From positions 18,117 to 82,116 of the forward strand of contig BTUM01000028.1 in assembly GCA_045863235.1 (NCBI GenBank): a DNA stretch of 64,000 bases, read 5' to 3'. Source of the stretch: Candidatus Xenobia bacterium. Its GTDB lineage: Bacteria > Vulcanimicrobiota > Xenobia > Xenobiales > QWHO01. Below, one piece after another: positions 48,149 to 57,519 of this stretch; within the stretch, counting starts at the first letter, position 1, and every line of letters begins with the position of its first letter. The notes beneath the pieces were generated by a model that was given only the letters and a program-made list of their open reading frames with translations, was not told where the DNA came from and ran no database searches. Both the position numbers and the translations under genes were made by a program.

Positions 48149-48203
48149 AGGTTACCCCATCGAGCTTGAATCGCACTGGGGAGAACCTTGACCAGGCCTT
48201 GAC
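48149..48203 (-). promoter_or_regulatory. Direct-repeat box promoter (extended)
   Basis: TCAA-N7-TCAA-N18-TCAA-N11-TAACCT (11-bp phasing). Confidence 0.5.
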
Positions 48204-48252
48204 CACCCATATCAGGAGAGGTTGATCTTCTCTGACCCCGAACTGCCCACGA

Positions 48253-49509
48253 ATGGCCTCGGTGGGACGTTTTCGCGAGCAGATGCTGACCTATCTCACG
48301 GTCGGGGCCGAGCTCGAGCATGCCCTTTGCTGCCAGTATCTTTTTGCTGCCTTCTCGCTTAAGAGGAGTGTCCAGGAAGGCCTTTCCTGGGCCGAGCTCG
48401 AGACCGTGCGCGAGTGGACCGCGGCGCTCTTGCTGGTGGCTCGCCAGGAGATGGAGCACCTGGGCTACGTCTGCAACCTGATGACGGCGCTGGGCGGCAC
48501 GCCTTACCTGGAACGGGCCAGCTTCCCCTACGCCCAGGGCTACTGGCCCACCCACCTGCGCTTCGAGCTCAAGCCTTTCTCGGTCGAGTCCTTGACCACG
48601 TTCGTGGAGTACGAGCGTCCCCAGGGCGTTCGCGACGAGTTCTCGCGCCCGGTGGAGCGTTTTCCTCACCCTCCCAGCGCCTCCCAGCGGTTCACCGACA
48701 TGCCCATGGAGTTCGAGGCGGTGGGAGACCTCTACGCGCAGATCCTGCGGCGGCTGGAGAGCTGTCCCTACGCCGACGAGGTGCTCTTCGTCGGGCCGCG
48801 TCGGGCCCAGATCGACAACGAACTGCTGGGCAACGATCGGCGCGGGTATGCGGGAGTGAACGTCAATCCCGTGGTCGATCGGGCCTCGGCCCTGGCGGCC
48901 GTGGCCCAGATCATCGAGGAGGGGGAGGGAGCCACCGCCGTCTGCCCCACCGGGCATTACCAGATTTTCCTCGACATCCTGCGCGATCTGGCGTCCCGCC
49001 CCGCTGGCTTCGCCCCGGCCCGACCGGTGGCCGACAACCCCTGCGTGCGTCCCGCGGCGCTGGCGGGGGGAGCGCAAGTCATTTCGGATCCCTTCACCGC
49101 CCGGCTGGCCGACCTCTTTGACGGCTGCTACGAGCTGATGTTGAGCATGCTGTACCGCTTCTCCATCCAGTCCGAGGAGAGCCCCCAGGAGATGGCCTTC
49201 CTGCAGCGGATGACCTTCTTCCCTCTGATGACCCAGGTCATCCGTCCCCTGGGAGAGCTGTTGACCGAGCTGCCCATGGGCCCCGACCATCCCGGCCTGA
49301 ACGCCGGTCCCACCTTCGAGCGCCCCCGTCTGGCCCTGGTGAGCAGCCACCACCAGGGGGCCTGGACCATGATCCGCGAGCGTTTCCAGGACCTGAGCCT
49401 CAGCTGCCAGGCACTGGCCGACCGGCGAAGCGATCTCGAGCGATTGCAGCTGTTGGCTCAGGTTCTCAGGCGATTGTCCATGCTCTGTCAGGGAGTGGGA
49501 GCGTGCTGA
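48253..49509 (+). CDS. Ferritin-like di-iron protein (VioB/RebD C-terminal type)
   Basis: ELEH..QYL.AAFS, EMEHL...NLM.ALGG, QIIEEGEG, HY motifs. Confidence 0.8.
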   Translation: MASVGRFREQMLTYLTVGAELEHALCCQYLFAAFSLKRSVQEGLSWAELETVREWTAALLLVARQEMEHLGYVCNLMTALGGTPYLERASFPYAQGYWPTHLRFELKPFSVESLTTFVEYERPQGVRDEFSRPVERFPHPPSASQRFTDMPMEFEAVGDLYAQILRRLESCPYADEVLFVGPRRAQIDNELLGNDRRGYAGVNVNPVVDRASALAAVAQIIEEGEGATAVCPTGHYQIFLDILRDLASRPAGFAPARPVADNPCVRPAALAGGAQVISDPFTARLADLFDGCYELMLSMLYRFSIQSEESPQEMAFLQRMTFFPLMTQVIRPLGELLTELPMGPDHPGLNAGPTFERPRLALVSSHHQGAWTMIRERFQDLSLSCQALADRRSDLERLQLLAQVLRRLSMLCQGVGAC

Positions 49510-50321
49510 TCGTCTGCTTTGAGGGATGGTTTCAGGTGCGCCTGGCCACCGACCCCGACCCCGCCGACGAGCCTCGGGGAGTCAGCGGCACAACCTTCGC
49601 CGTGGCAGGCGAGCCGGATTTCGACCGGATCGTGCGCTTTCACGATCCGGTCGCCCCGCGCAGCTTCGGCCAGCCGGTAGGGGTGTTCGTCCACCAGGTC
49701 TCGCTCGAGGGACAGCTCCAAGCGGAGCATCCGCTGCTGGGGGCAAAGGTGGAGATGCTCGACGACCCCATCTTCATGAACCACAACAACGTGGTCACCA
49801 TCTCCGAGACCGAGCCGATGGACCCCTTTCACATCAAGCTTTGGCGGGGGCGGCTGAGCTTGGAGCGCAACGACTACTGGGACCCGTCCCGGCCCGAGCT
49901 GACCGCCTTCGAGGCCCCTCCCGAGCTCATGCAGCGGCGCCTCGGGGTGCTGAGCAAGGATTCAGTCAAAGTGGGACTGACCACCGGGATCACCGACTAT
50001 GCCGCTTACCGACTGGAGCGTCGCCGCAACCTGGAGGAGGAGCTGGCTCGAACCCGCGACGAGGTGGCCTGCCTGGCACTGAGCAAGCGCATCAAGGAGT
50101 TGTCGCGAGAGGATGATACCTTTCCCCGCGAGCGTCTGGGCTACTGCATGACCTACCGCTTCGCCCTCAACGGCCGGGCGCTCGTGGAGGACCCGGACGG
50201 GCAACTGGGAGGTACTCCCGATCTCGAGCGCGACTGGCCGCTCGAGCTGTGGATGGGGGCCTACGATTCGGACACCCTGTGCGGCTTCACCACCGGCATT
50301 CTCCAGGTGCCTCTCCGATGA
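49503..50321 (+). CDS. Hypothetical protein coupled to the ferritin-like gene
   Basis: Overlapping start; FEGWFQVRLATDPDP N-terminus. Confidence 0.7.
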   Translation: MLIVCFEGWFQVRLATDPDPADEPRGVSGTTFAVAGEPDFDRIVRFHDPVAPRSFGQPVGVFVHQVSLEGQLQAEHPLLGAKVEMLDDPIFMNHNNVVTISETEPMDPFHIKLWRGRLSLERNDYWDPSRPELTAFEAPPELMQRRLGVLSKDSVKVGLTTGITDYAAYRLERRRNLEEELARTRDEVACLALSKRIKELSREDDTFPRERLGYCMTYRFALNGRALVEDPDGQLGGTPDLERDWPLELWMGAYDSDTLCGFTTGILQVPLR

Positions 50322-50623
50322 GGCTTTTTCCCGTCGATCAGCCGGTGGACACCCCCTTCAAGCGGGGGGTGGACAAAGCGGCCTACCTGGCCGCCCTGCT
50401 CGGCCCCATGACCACCGTGCCCCAGATCGTCCAGATCTACCAGACGCGCAGCGCCGAGGATATCAGCATCCTGGCCTGGGCCGGGTTTTCGGTTTACTCC
50501 GCCTTTTGGGTTCTTTACGGCTGGGTCCATCGCGACCTGCCGCTGACGCTCGCCAACCTGCTCTGGACCCTCCTGCAAGGGATGGTCCTGGTGGGAGCCA
50601 TACTCTGGGGAGGTACCCTGTGA
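50318..50623 (+). CDS. SemiSWEET/PQ-loop transporter
   Basis: PQIVQIY..RSAEDIS, W..YG, LANL; 3 TM. Confidence 0.85.
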   Translation: MRLFPVDQPVDTPFKRGVDKAAYLAALLGPMTTVPQIVQIYQTRSAEDISILAWAGFSVYSAFWVLYGWVHRDLPLTLANLLWTLLQGMVLVGAILWGGTL

Positions 50624-53268
50624 AGAAGACTCTGACCACGTTGCTGCTGGCCGCTTGCCTGCTCTCGGCCTGCAGTTCGCCCGCGCCTCAGGCCGCCACG
50701 CCCACCAACCCCGACATTCCCGGTCTTCCTTTCCCGCTGCCAAGCACCGTGTCTCGCGACGAGTTTCAGCCCAGGCTGTACAAGTTTCTCACCGACCTGA
50801 CCTATCGCAACCTGCCCGGCTGGCGCAAAGACAAGGGGGTGCGGGATACCGGTCCTTTTCTGGACGGGGTCTACTACGGCACCCATCCGGCCGTGCGCAC
50901 CTACTACTCGCCCGAGGTCTTTGCCTGGATGAAGGCGGGTCGGGTCGGGAAGATCCCCGATGGGGCGATGATCATCAAGGAGATGTACAATCCGCCGGCG
51001 GCCCGCTACGCCGGGCTCAATCCGGATACCTCGCTGCCCATGCCGACCTGGACCTGCATGATCAAGGACAGCGCCGGCTCGAAGGATGGTTGGTACTGGG
51101 TCTACTTCGACTCCAACCCCAACGGCACCACCCCACCCACACCCCAGCCGGTGGACTCGGACGGCCCTCCCTTCTCCTACCCCAACTCCGGTTTCGGCTC
51201 TTACTGCGTGCAGTGCCACACCTCGGCTGACGGCGAGGAGTTCACCTTTGCCGCCCTGGAGAACGTCGCAGGCGAGCCGGGTACGCCCATCACCTATGAA
51301 GATGACGGCTCCTGGCGTCAGATGAAGGATTATCAGTTCAAATTCATGGCTCGCGTGCACACCCCGCTGGACGGGTCGGTTGATTCACCGGCTGACCCCG
51401 GCTATGTCAACGAAGAGTTCGTGGCCCAGTTCAACACTTTCGGAGATGCCGCCAACGGGCCGATCCAACCCATCCCCGGGGTCACCACCGATCGCTCGGT
51501 TGCTCAGGCGCATCGCCAGTTCGTCAGCTCGGATCAGTGTATGTCCTGCCACGCCGGAGACAGCTCTCCGTTCGGACCCAACATGTTCTTCCCCAACGAG
51601 GGCAAGGACGGGGTGGACGTCTCGCCCTTCGCCGAGTGGAGCTGGTCCATGATGGGCCTGGCCGGACGCGATCCCATTTTTCACGCCCAGCTCGAAGGGG
51701 AGGTGGCCACCCATCCGGCTCAGGGCCAGCTCACTCCCGAGAGCATTCAAAACCTCTGCTTTTCCTGCCACGGGGTCATGGGTGAGCGTCAGCTCAAACT
51801 TGACGATCCGCATGCCAATTTCACCCAGAGTCGAACCCAGGATCCCAACGACCCGTACGGCAAACTGGCCCGCGACGGGGTCTCGTGCGCCCTGTGCCAC
51901 CAGATCCAGGACAATCGGCACGTCCCGCTGGTGGACGTGCAGACTGGCCGCTTCAGCCTCAACCCGCGGAACCCGCAGGGCGAGCTGGTTCTCAACGGTC
52001 CCTTCGATCATCCCGTGACCTTCCCCATGGGCAAGAGTCTCAACGCCGAGCCCGTTCACAGCTCCTTCATCTCCGACTCGAGGCTGTGCGCGAGCTGTCA
52101 CACGGTGTTCCTGCCCGTGCTGGATGCCCAGAACAACGTGGTGGACAATCGTTACGAGCAGGCCACTTACCTCGAGTGGCTCAACTCCAGCTTCCGTGAC
52201 GGCGGCCCCAGCCCTCAGAGTTGCCAGCAGTGCCACATGCCTGATACTGCCTTCGGCCAGTTGCTCAACAACTTCAAGATCGCCAACATCCAGGACCAGG
52301 ATTATCCCATCACCTCGAACCTCTCGCCCCTGAACCTCATCACCGTGCTCAAACGCCCGGGATTCCGCCGCCATACCCTGTTGGGCATCAACCAGTTCGG
52401 GCTGGAGTTCTTCCAGCACTTCCCGGCTCTGCTCGGCATCAGCAAGGTCAACTTCATGTCCGGTACGACGGACGGTCTGACCAGGGCCATTCAAAACAGC
52501 CAGGAGCTGGCCCGCGAGAAGAGCGCCCGGGTGGAGCTGTCCGGTGTGCAGAGGGCGGGCAACGCGCTCTCGGCCCAGGTGAAAGTCACCAACCTGACCG
52601 GCCATCGTTTCCCCAGTGGAGTCGGCTTCCGCCGCGCCTTCCTCCTCTTCGAGGTGCGCGACGGAGCGGGCCAGGTCGTCTGGGCCTCGGGTCGAACCAA
52701 CTCGATCGGCGTGATCGTCGGCCCCGACGGTCAGCCTCTGCCCAGCGAGTTCCACGACGTCGATCCGGCCACCGGACAACAAGCCTTCCAGCCGCACTTC
52801 CAGACCATTACCTCGGAGAACCAGGTGCAGGTCTATGAGGAGATCGTGGCCGACCTGCAGGGCAAGTTCACCACCAGTTTCCTCAACCGGGCCACCGACA
52901 TCAAGGACAACCGCCTGATGCCCCTGGGCTGGACCTTCCCGGGTCCACCCGGCTTTGCGCCTGAGTTCGCCGAGGCCACCGCCCCCTTCGGCGGTGCGGC
53001 CAATGACGCCGACTTCACCGATGGCACCGGCTCGGACACGCTCAGCTACCAGGTCACCCTGCCGGCCGGCGCGGTGGGCCCCTTCTCGGTGCGGGCCGAG
53101 CTGTTCTACCAGGCCATCCCGCCTTACTACCTCCAGGACCGGTTCACCGACTCGCAGGGCCCGGCATCGCTGCGGCTCTACTCCATGGCCAGCAAGCTCG
53201 ACACCCTGAAGACCAACTTCCCCAACTGGAAGTTGCCCATCGCCGAGGCCACCGGTCAGGTTCCCTGA
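50620..53268 (+). CDS. Hexaheme c-type cytochrome lipoprotein with N-terminal cytochrome P460-like domain
   Basis: Lipobox LSAC; PDGAMIIKE..MIKD..GWYW..CVQCH plus CMSCH, CFSCH, CALCH, CASCH, CQQCH; GHRFPSG. Confidence 0.85.
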   Translation: MKKTLTTLLLAACLLSACSSPAPQAATPTNPDIPGLPFPLPSTVSRDEFQPRLYKFLTDLTYRNLPGWRKDKGVRDTGPFLDGVYYGTHPAVRTYYSPEVFAWMKAGRVGKIPDGAMIIKEMYNPPAARYAGLNPDTSLPMPTWTCMIKDSAGSKDGWYWVYFDSNPNGTTPPTPQPVDSDGPPFSYPNSGFGSYCVQCHTSADGEEFTFAALENVAGEPGTPITYEDDGSWRQMKDYQFKFMARVHTPLDGSVDSPADPGYVNEEFVAQFNTFGDAANGPIQPIPGVTTDRSVAQAHRQFVSSDQCMSCHAGDSSPFGPNMFFPNEGKDGVDVSPFAEWSWSMMGLAGRDPIFHAQLEGEVATHPAQGQLTPESIQNLCFSCHGVMGERQLKLDDPHANFTQSRTQDPNDPYGKLARDGVSCALCHQIQDNRHVPLVDVQTGRFSLNPRNPQGELVLNGPFDHPVTFPMGKSLNAEPVHSSFISDSRLCASCHTVFLPVLDAQNNVVDNRYEQATYLEWLNSSFRDGGPSPQSCQQCHMPDTAFGQLLNNFKIANIQDQDYPITSNLSPLNLITVLKRPGFRRHTLLGINQFGLEFFQHFPALLGISKVNFMSGTTDGLTRAIQNSQELAREKSARVELSGVQRAGNALSAQVKVTNLTGHRFPSGVGFRRAFLLFEVRDGAGQVVWASGRTNSIGVIVGPDGQPLPSEFHDVDPATGQQAFQPHFQTITSENQVQVYEEIVADLQGKFTTSFLNRATDIKDNRLMPLGWTFPGPPGFAPEFAEATAPFGGAANDADFTDGTGSDTLSYQVTLPAGAVGPFSVRAELFYQAIPPYYLQDRFTDSQGPASLRLYSMASKLDTLKTNFPNWKLPIAEATGQVP

Positions 53269-53300
53269 TTCAGGGATCTGTCAGCTTGCCGAGCTAGACT
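53269..53300 (+). promoter_or_regulatory. Direct-repeat box promoter
   Basis: TTCAG-N6-GTCAG-N10-TAGACT-N6-ATG. Confidence 0.65.
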
Positions 53301-53306
53301 CGGGCC

Positions 53307-54128
53307 ATGATCGCGCCACTGGCCCTGGGAGGGCATATCCAGCCCTGGGAGCGCGAGCCGCTGGAGCGTCTGGCCGAGCAGCTCGATCGCTACCAGTCGC
53401 TGGCGCGTAGCGAACGCGAGGCGCGTAAGTATGCCGACCAGCAGCAGACTCTGCGGGCGCTGGTGGCCGACCCGAGCCTCTCGTCCAGGGCCCGCGGTTC
53501 GGTGCTGGCCGGCTGGTCGAGCACTCCCGCTCCGGGATACTGGCTCAACCACTGGGAGCAGCTCACCGGTGCCCCTCGTGAAGAGCTGTACTGTCAGGCG
53601 GACAAGTTGCTCTCGGGAGAGCCCCCCAAAGTGCGCGAAGCTCTCTCGCAGCTGCCCGCCGAGTGTTTGGTGCGAGCCTGTCAGAGCTCTCTGGGTGCCG
53701 ACTTCACCCCCCCGCAGGACGCTACCGCCGGCGAGCTGGCGGCCGCCGCCCAGGCTGCTCAGTCGAGCAGGGGGTTGTTCCACAGCGAGCGGACCGCCCG
53801 CATGCTGAGGGGCCTCTTCCAGGCCGAGCTGGCTCCGACCGAGCGCCAGCGAGGTTTCGAGCTGGTGGGTGACCGGCTGCACGCTCTGCGGATGAGCGAT
53901 GCCACCGGCTATGTGGCCCAGGTCTCCGAGTTGATCACCCGACCCGAGCTGACCTCGACCGTGCGCCTGGGAGCGTTGCTCCACCTGGGTCCGGAGACCG
54001 AGTTGGAGCACGCTGTCGAGGCCGCTCGACTGACCAGCGCCCTGGAGCCCGCCCTGACTGCGGTGAGCGAAACGCTGGGATTCGTTCAGTTCAACGGGGT
54101 GGTGCTGCGCAAGCGCGTCAACTCCTGA
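53307..54128 (+). CDS. Hypothetical helical protein with shared C-terminal motif
   Basis: 273 aa; ends VSETLGFVQFNGVVLRKRVNS. Confidence 0.7.
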   Translation: MIAPLALGGHIQPWEREPLERLAEQLDRYQSLARSEREARKYADQQQTLRALVADPSLSSRARGSVLAGWSSTPAPGYWLNHWEQLTGAPREELYCQADKLLSGEPPKVREALSQLPAECLVRACQSSLGADFTPPQDATAGELAAAAQAAQSSRGLFHSERTARMLRGLFQAELAPTERQRGFELVGDRLHALRMSDATGYVAQVSELITRPELTSTVRLGALLHLGPETELEHAVEAARLTSALEPALTAVSETLGFVQFNGVVLRKRVNS

Positions 54129-56109
54129 GGGCCCGCTCGTGCCAGGCGTCCAGAACCTGGCTCAAAGCCTCGAAGTCGATCGGCTTGGTCAACACGTCGT
54201 CCACTCCCGCTTCGACCAGCGCCCCTCTCTGTCCCACGCTGGCGGTGAAGGCCACCAGGTAAGGCTGGCGCTCGGGGGGGAGCTTGCGGATCGAGCGGGC
54301 TACCTCCAGGCCGTCCAGGGTAGGCAGGTTCAGGTCCAGGAAGACCAGCTCGAAGGCCCTTTCCTCCAGCAGGCTCAGGCCCTGAGGGCCATCCTCGGCC
54401 CAGACCGAGGGGTGACCGAGCTCTCGCAGCATGCAGGAAAGCACTTTGTAGTTGATGGGGGTATCCTCGATGATCAGGGCGGTGGCCCGAGCCGCCAGCT
54501 GGACGGCCGGCCCCGGACTCTGGACCGGCTGGCTCAGGCGCTCCACCGCGTTGCGCAAGGCGGCCCGGTGGGCCGGGAGAATCAGGCTTCCGGCCGCGCC
54601 GTTGCGGGTGGACTGGCCCATGGGATGGAGATCGAGCCAGAGGGCCCCATTCTCGGGTGGGCTGGCTTGCGGTCCCAAGAGCAGAAGGTCGGACCGGAGG
54701 TCGACCTGATCGGGCCCCGTCAGGCGATAGCCCGCTCGCTGGACGGCTGACTCCATCCCGCGCCGAGTTTCCGGGCCCAGGCCCAGCAAGAGCATGGCCG
54801 GGGAGTCGGGATCGGGGGCCGCTGGCGGGGGGCTGGTGGCCGGGAGGGGAAGGGTGAGGGTGAAGGTGGATCCCTGCCCTTGCTGGCTCTCAACCTTGAG
54901 CTGACCTTCCATCAAGAGCGCCAGGCGCGAGCAGATGGCCAGCCCGAGTCCGCTGCCGCCGTACTTGCGGGTGGTGGAGGCGTCCAGCTGGTGAAAGGGT
55001 TGGAAGAGCTCTGCCTGGCGAGATGGGGGGATTCCCGCCCCAGTGTCTTTCACGTCCATGCGAAAGCCCAGGGGCAGGGGGCTCAGCTCGACCACCACCG
55101 AGCCCTGGCCGGTGAACTTGACCGCGTTGGAGAGTAGATTGCAGGTGATCTGGCGAAACCGGAAGGGGTCGCCGAGGTAGCTCTCGGACAGCCCCGGGTG
55201 CACCACCAGAGCCAGTTCGAGCCCCTTGTTGTAAGCCGGCGCGGCAAAGAGCTCGAGGCACTCCTCGGCGGCCGTCTCGGGCGAGAAGGGTGCCCGCTCG
55301 AGCACCACCCCGTTCTCCGATTCCAGGCGCGAGAAGTCGAGCACGTCGTCGAGCACCGACTTGAGGAGCTTGCCACTCTTGATCAGGGCATCCACCATGT
55401 CGCGCTGCTCGGCGTCGAGGCGGGTGCGGGCCAGAAGCTCGGCCATCCCGGTGACCCCCTGAAGGGGCGTGCGGATCTCGTGGCTCATGGTGGCCACGAA
55501 CTGAGACTTGAGCGCCTCGGCTGCCACTGCCTCGTCGCGCGCTTGCTCCAGGACCCTGGCTTGCGCCGCCAGCAGACTCACGTGGTGGTCCATTCCCCGC
55601 CTCAGCCCCACGCCAAAGATGAGGATCATCAGCGTGATCACGATCTGGGACATGGCCACCTGCCATCCACGGGCCACGAATTCGGGTTGGATCGGGTAGA
55701 GGGTCGAGCTGGCGTGGATGCCGGCGATCATCAGGATCGAGAGAGCGGCCCAGATCAGCCCCCAACGCCAACCCAGCAGGTAGGCTGCGTAGAGGGGCGA
55801 GAGCACCAGACCCCAGACTCCCACCGCCTGGCCCTGCCCGGTCAAGAGCGCCCCGAGCAAAGAGACCAGGCAGGCGATGGCCACGATGAAGTGGGCCACC
55901 ACTTTCGTCTGGCCCAGATCGCGGGCCTTCCATCCGGCCCAGAAGAGGGCGAACATGACCGCGCAGGCGGTGGAGTAGAGCAGCGAGGTCATCGGTCGGC
56001 CCATCAGGGAGTTGCGCACGGCAAAGGGCAGGAAGGCCAGGCTGACGGTCGAGGCCAGGATCTTGAAGCGGATCCGGTAGGCCCGGTCCTCGGCCGACTG
56101 CTCAGTCAC
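54118..56109 (-). CDS. Hybrid sensor histidine kinase (TM-HisKA-HATPase-REC)
   Basis: MSHEIRTPL, NLLSNAVKFT, DTGAG, GSGLGL, FLDLNLP. Confidence 0.93.
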   Translation of the reverse strand: MTEQSAEDRAYRIRFKILASTVSLAFLPFAVRNSLMGRPMTSLLYSTACAVMFALFWAGWKARDLGQTKVVAHFIVAIACLVSLLGALLTGQGQAVGVWGLVLSPLYAAYLLGWRWGLIWAALSILMIAGIHASSTLYPIQPEFVARGWQVAMSQIVITLMILIFGVGLRRGMDHHVSLLAAQARVLEQARDEAVAAEALKSQFVATMSHEIRTPLQGVTGMAELLARTRLDAEQRDMVDALIKSGKLLKSVLDDVLDFSRLESENGVVLERAPFSPETAAEECLELFAAPAYNKGLELALVVHPGLSESYLGDPFRFRQITCNLLSNAVKFTGQGSVVVELSPLPLGFRMDVKDTGAGIPPSRQAELFQPFHQLDASTTRKYGGSGLGLAICSRLALLMEGQLKVESQQGQGSTFTLTLPLPATSPPPAAPDPDSPAMLLLGLGPETRRGMESAVQRAGYRLTGPDQVDLRSDLLLLGPQASPPENGALWLDLHPMGQSTRNGAAGSLILPAHRAALRNAVERLSQPVQSPGPAVQLAARATALIIEDTPINYKVLSCMLRELGHPSVWAEDGPQGLSLLEERAFELVFLDLNLPTLDGLEVARSIRKLPPERQPYLVAFTASVGQRGALVEAGVDDVLTKPIDFEALSQVLDAWHERALRS

Positions 56110-56154
56110 CAGGGCGGATTTCGGACCCGGCTCGACCGCGCCCTTCCCGTCAGG

Positions 56155-56829
56155 TCAGACGACGAACCGGTAGCCGTTGCCGCGCACCGCGCACAGGGGC
56201 CTCCAGCCCGGCTTGGCCTGAGAGATTTTGCGGCGCAGGCTGGAGACGTGGGTGTCCAGTGTCTTCAGGGATCCGGAGTAGTCGCGGCCCCAGATCTCGT
56301 CAAGCAAGGTGTCGCGGGAGGTGGTCTGGCCACGGGCGGCCATCAATCGGCGCAACAGCTCGAATTCGATGCGGGTCAGCTTGAGGTCGTTGCCATCGCA
56401 AATAACTCGGTAGCCGGTCGGATCGAGGGTCAGGCAACCGGCCCGAAGCACCGACTCGGTCTGCCCCAGGTCGGGGCGACGGAGCAGCGCCTCGACCCGC
56501 ACGAGGAGCTCGGCCGGCTCGTAAGGCTTGGTCACGTAGTCGTCGGCTCCCAGCCGGAACAAGGTCACCTTGTCCAGGGTGGTGGTGCGCCCCGACAAGA
56601 TCAGAATAGGAACGTCGCTGTGCTGCCGCAATCGGCTGCAAAGCTCGGCACCGTCTGCGTCCGGCAACATCAAGTCGAGCACCACCAGGTGCGGTCGCGT
56701 GCGCCGGAAGACTTCGCTGAGGGTGCGCCCCTCGGTCATCCAGGTGACCTCGAAACCGTGGCAAGAGAACAGCTCTTGCACAGCCCGGCCGCAGACCGCA
56801 TCATCTTCGACCAGGATTAACCGATGCAA
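56155..56829 (-). CDS. OmpR/PhoB-family response regulator
   Basis: LVEDD, LDLMLP, GADDYVTKPY, LDTHVSSLRRKI, VRGNGYR. Confidence 0.93.
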   Translation of the reverse strand: MHRLILVEDDAVCGRAVQELFSCHGFEVTWMTEGRTLSEVFRRTRPHLVVLDLMLPDADGAELCSRLRQHSDVPILILSGRTTTLDKVTLFRLGADDYVTKPYEPAELLVRVEALLRRPDLGQTESVLRAGCLTLDPTGYRVICDGNDLKLTRIEFELLRRLMAARGQTTSRDTLLDEIWGRDYSGSLKTLDTHVSSLRRKISQAKPGWRPLCAVRGNGYRFVV

Positions 56830-57061
56830 CCGCTTTGCCTCCTCCCCCCGGGCGCCTCAGGCCAGTTCCCATTCACTCAAGTTGGCTCTGCGACAAAGTG
56901 TAGCACACACAAAGATCGAGGGCTGACCCCGCTGGCTCGTTCATAAACTGTTAACATCGTTCTGAACTTTCTGGATGCTCCAGGCCTCAAGACCGGGCAT
57001 AGTAGACATGGCTTCCGCGGGCTCCATGATGTCGTCTCCCGTGGGAGCCATTTTCTTTCTG

Positions 57062-57466
57062 TCAGCGATTGAGCACGGTGGGCAAGACCACCCCGCGCAA
57101 CACGGCAAAGGTGGCTGCGGTAGCCAGGGCTCCGGGCCAGCCAAACTGGGCCCCGGCGGCCGCAGCCGCCAACCCTACGCCGGCTCCGATGGCTGCTCCC
57201 GCGACCTTGCTCTTGCCCAGCGACTCGGCCATCTGCATCCCGATGCTGGCGCCGATGAATCCGTCCATTCCATAGGCCACCGCCGGCGAGTAGCCCAGAC
57301 TGGTGAAGCTGTTGGCTCCGCCAGCCATGACCAGGCCCACGAAGCCGGCTGCCAGGCCTCCTCCGGTATCCACCACGAAGCGGTCTTTGGGCTCCGGCGC
57401 CGCGGGCGGGGGGGTACTCGCTCCCTGCGGTCGAGCGTAGCGCACGGTGGCTTCTGTAATCTGCAT
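57062..57466 (-). CDS. Small glycine-zipper membrane protein with Pro-rich N-terminus
   Basis: AAGGGGA RBS; GxxxG-rich helices. Confidence 0.7.
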   Translation of the reverse strand: MQITEATVRYARPQGASTPPPAAPEPKDRFVVDTGGGLAAGFVGLVMAGGANSFTSLGYSPAVAYGMDGFIGASIGMQMAESLGKSKVAGAAIGAGVGLAAAAAGAQFGWPGALATAATFAVLRGVVLPTVLNR

Positions 57467-57519
57467 GGTCGTCCCCTTCTTGCTCTGGTCGAGCGATCGC
57501 GCAGATCGCCATGCCTTGC

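Noticed and set aside
47140..49353. 737-aa desaturase fusion in the ORF track
   Set aside because: The upstream part is antisense to the ferritin-like gene; the RBS supports a start at 48111
56895..56975. Direct-repeat box upstream of the OmpR regulator
   Set aside because: TCAG lies 20 nt from TACACT and no in-phase second copy is present; does not fit the consensus
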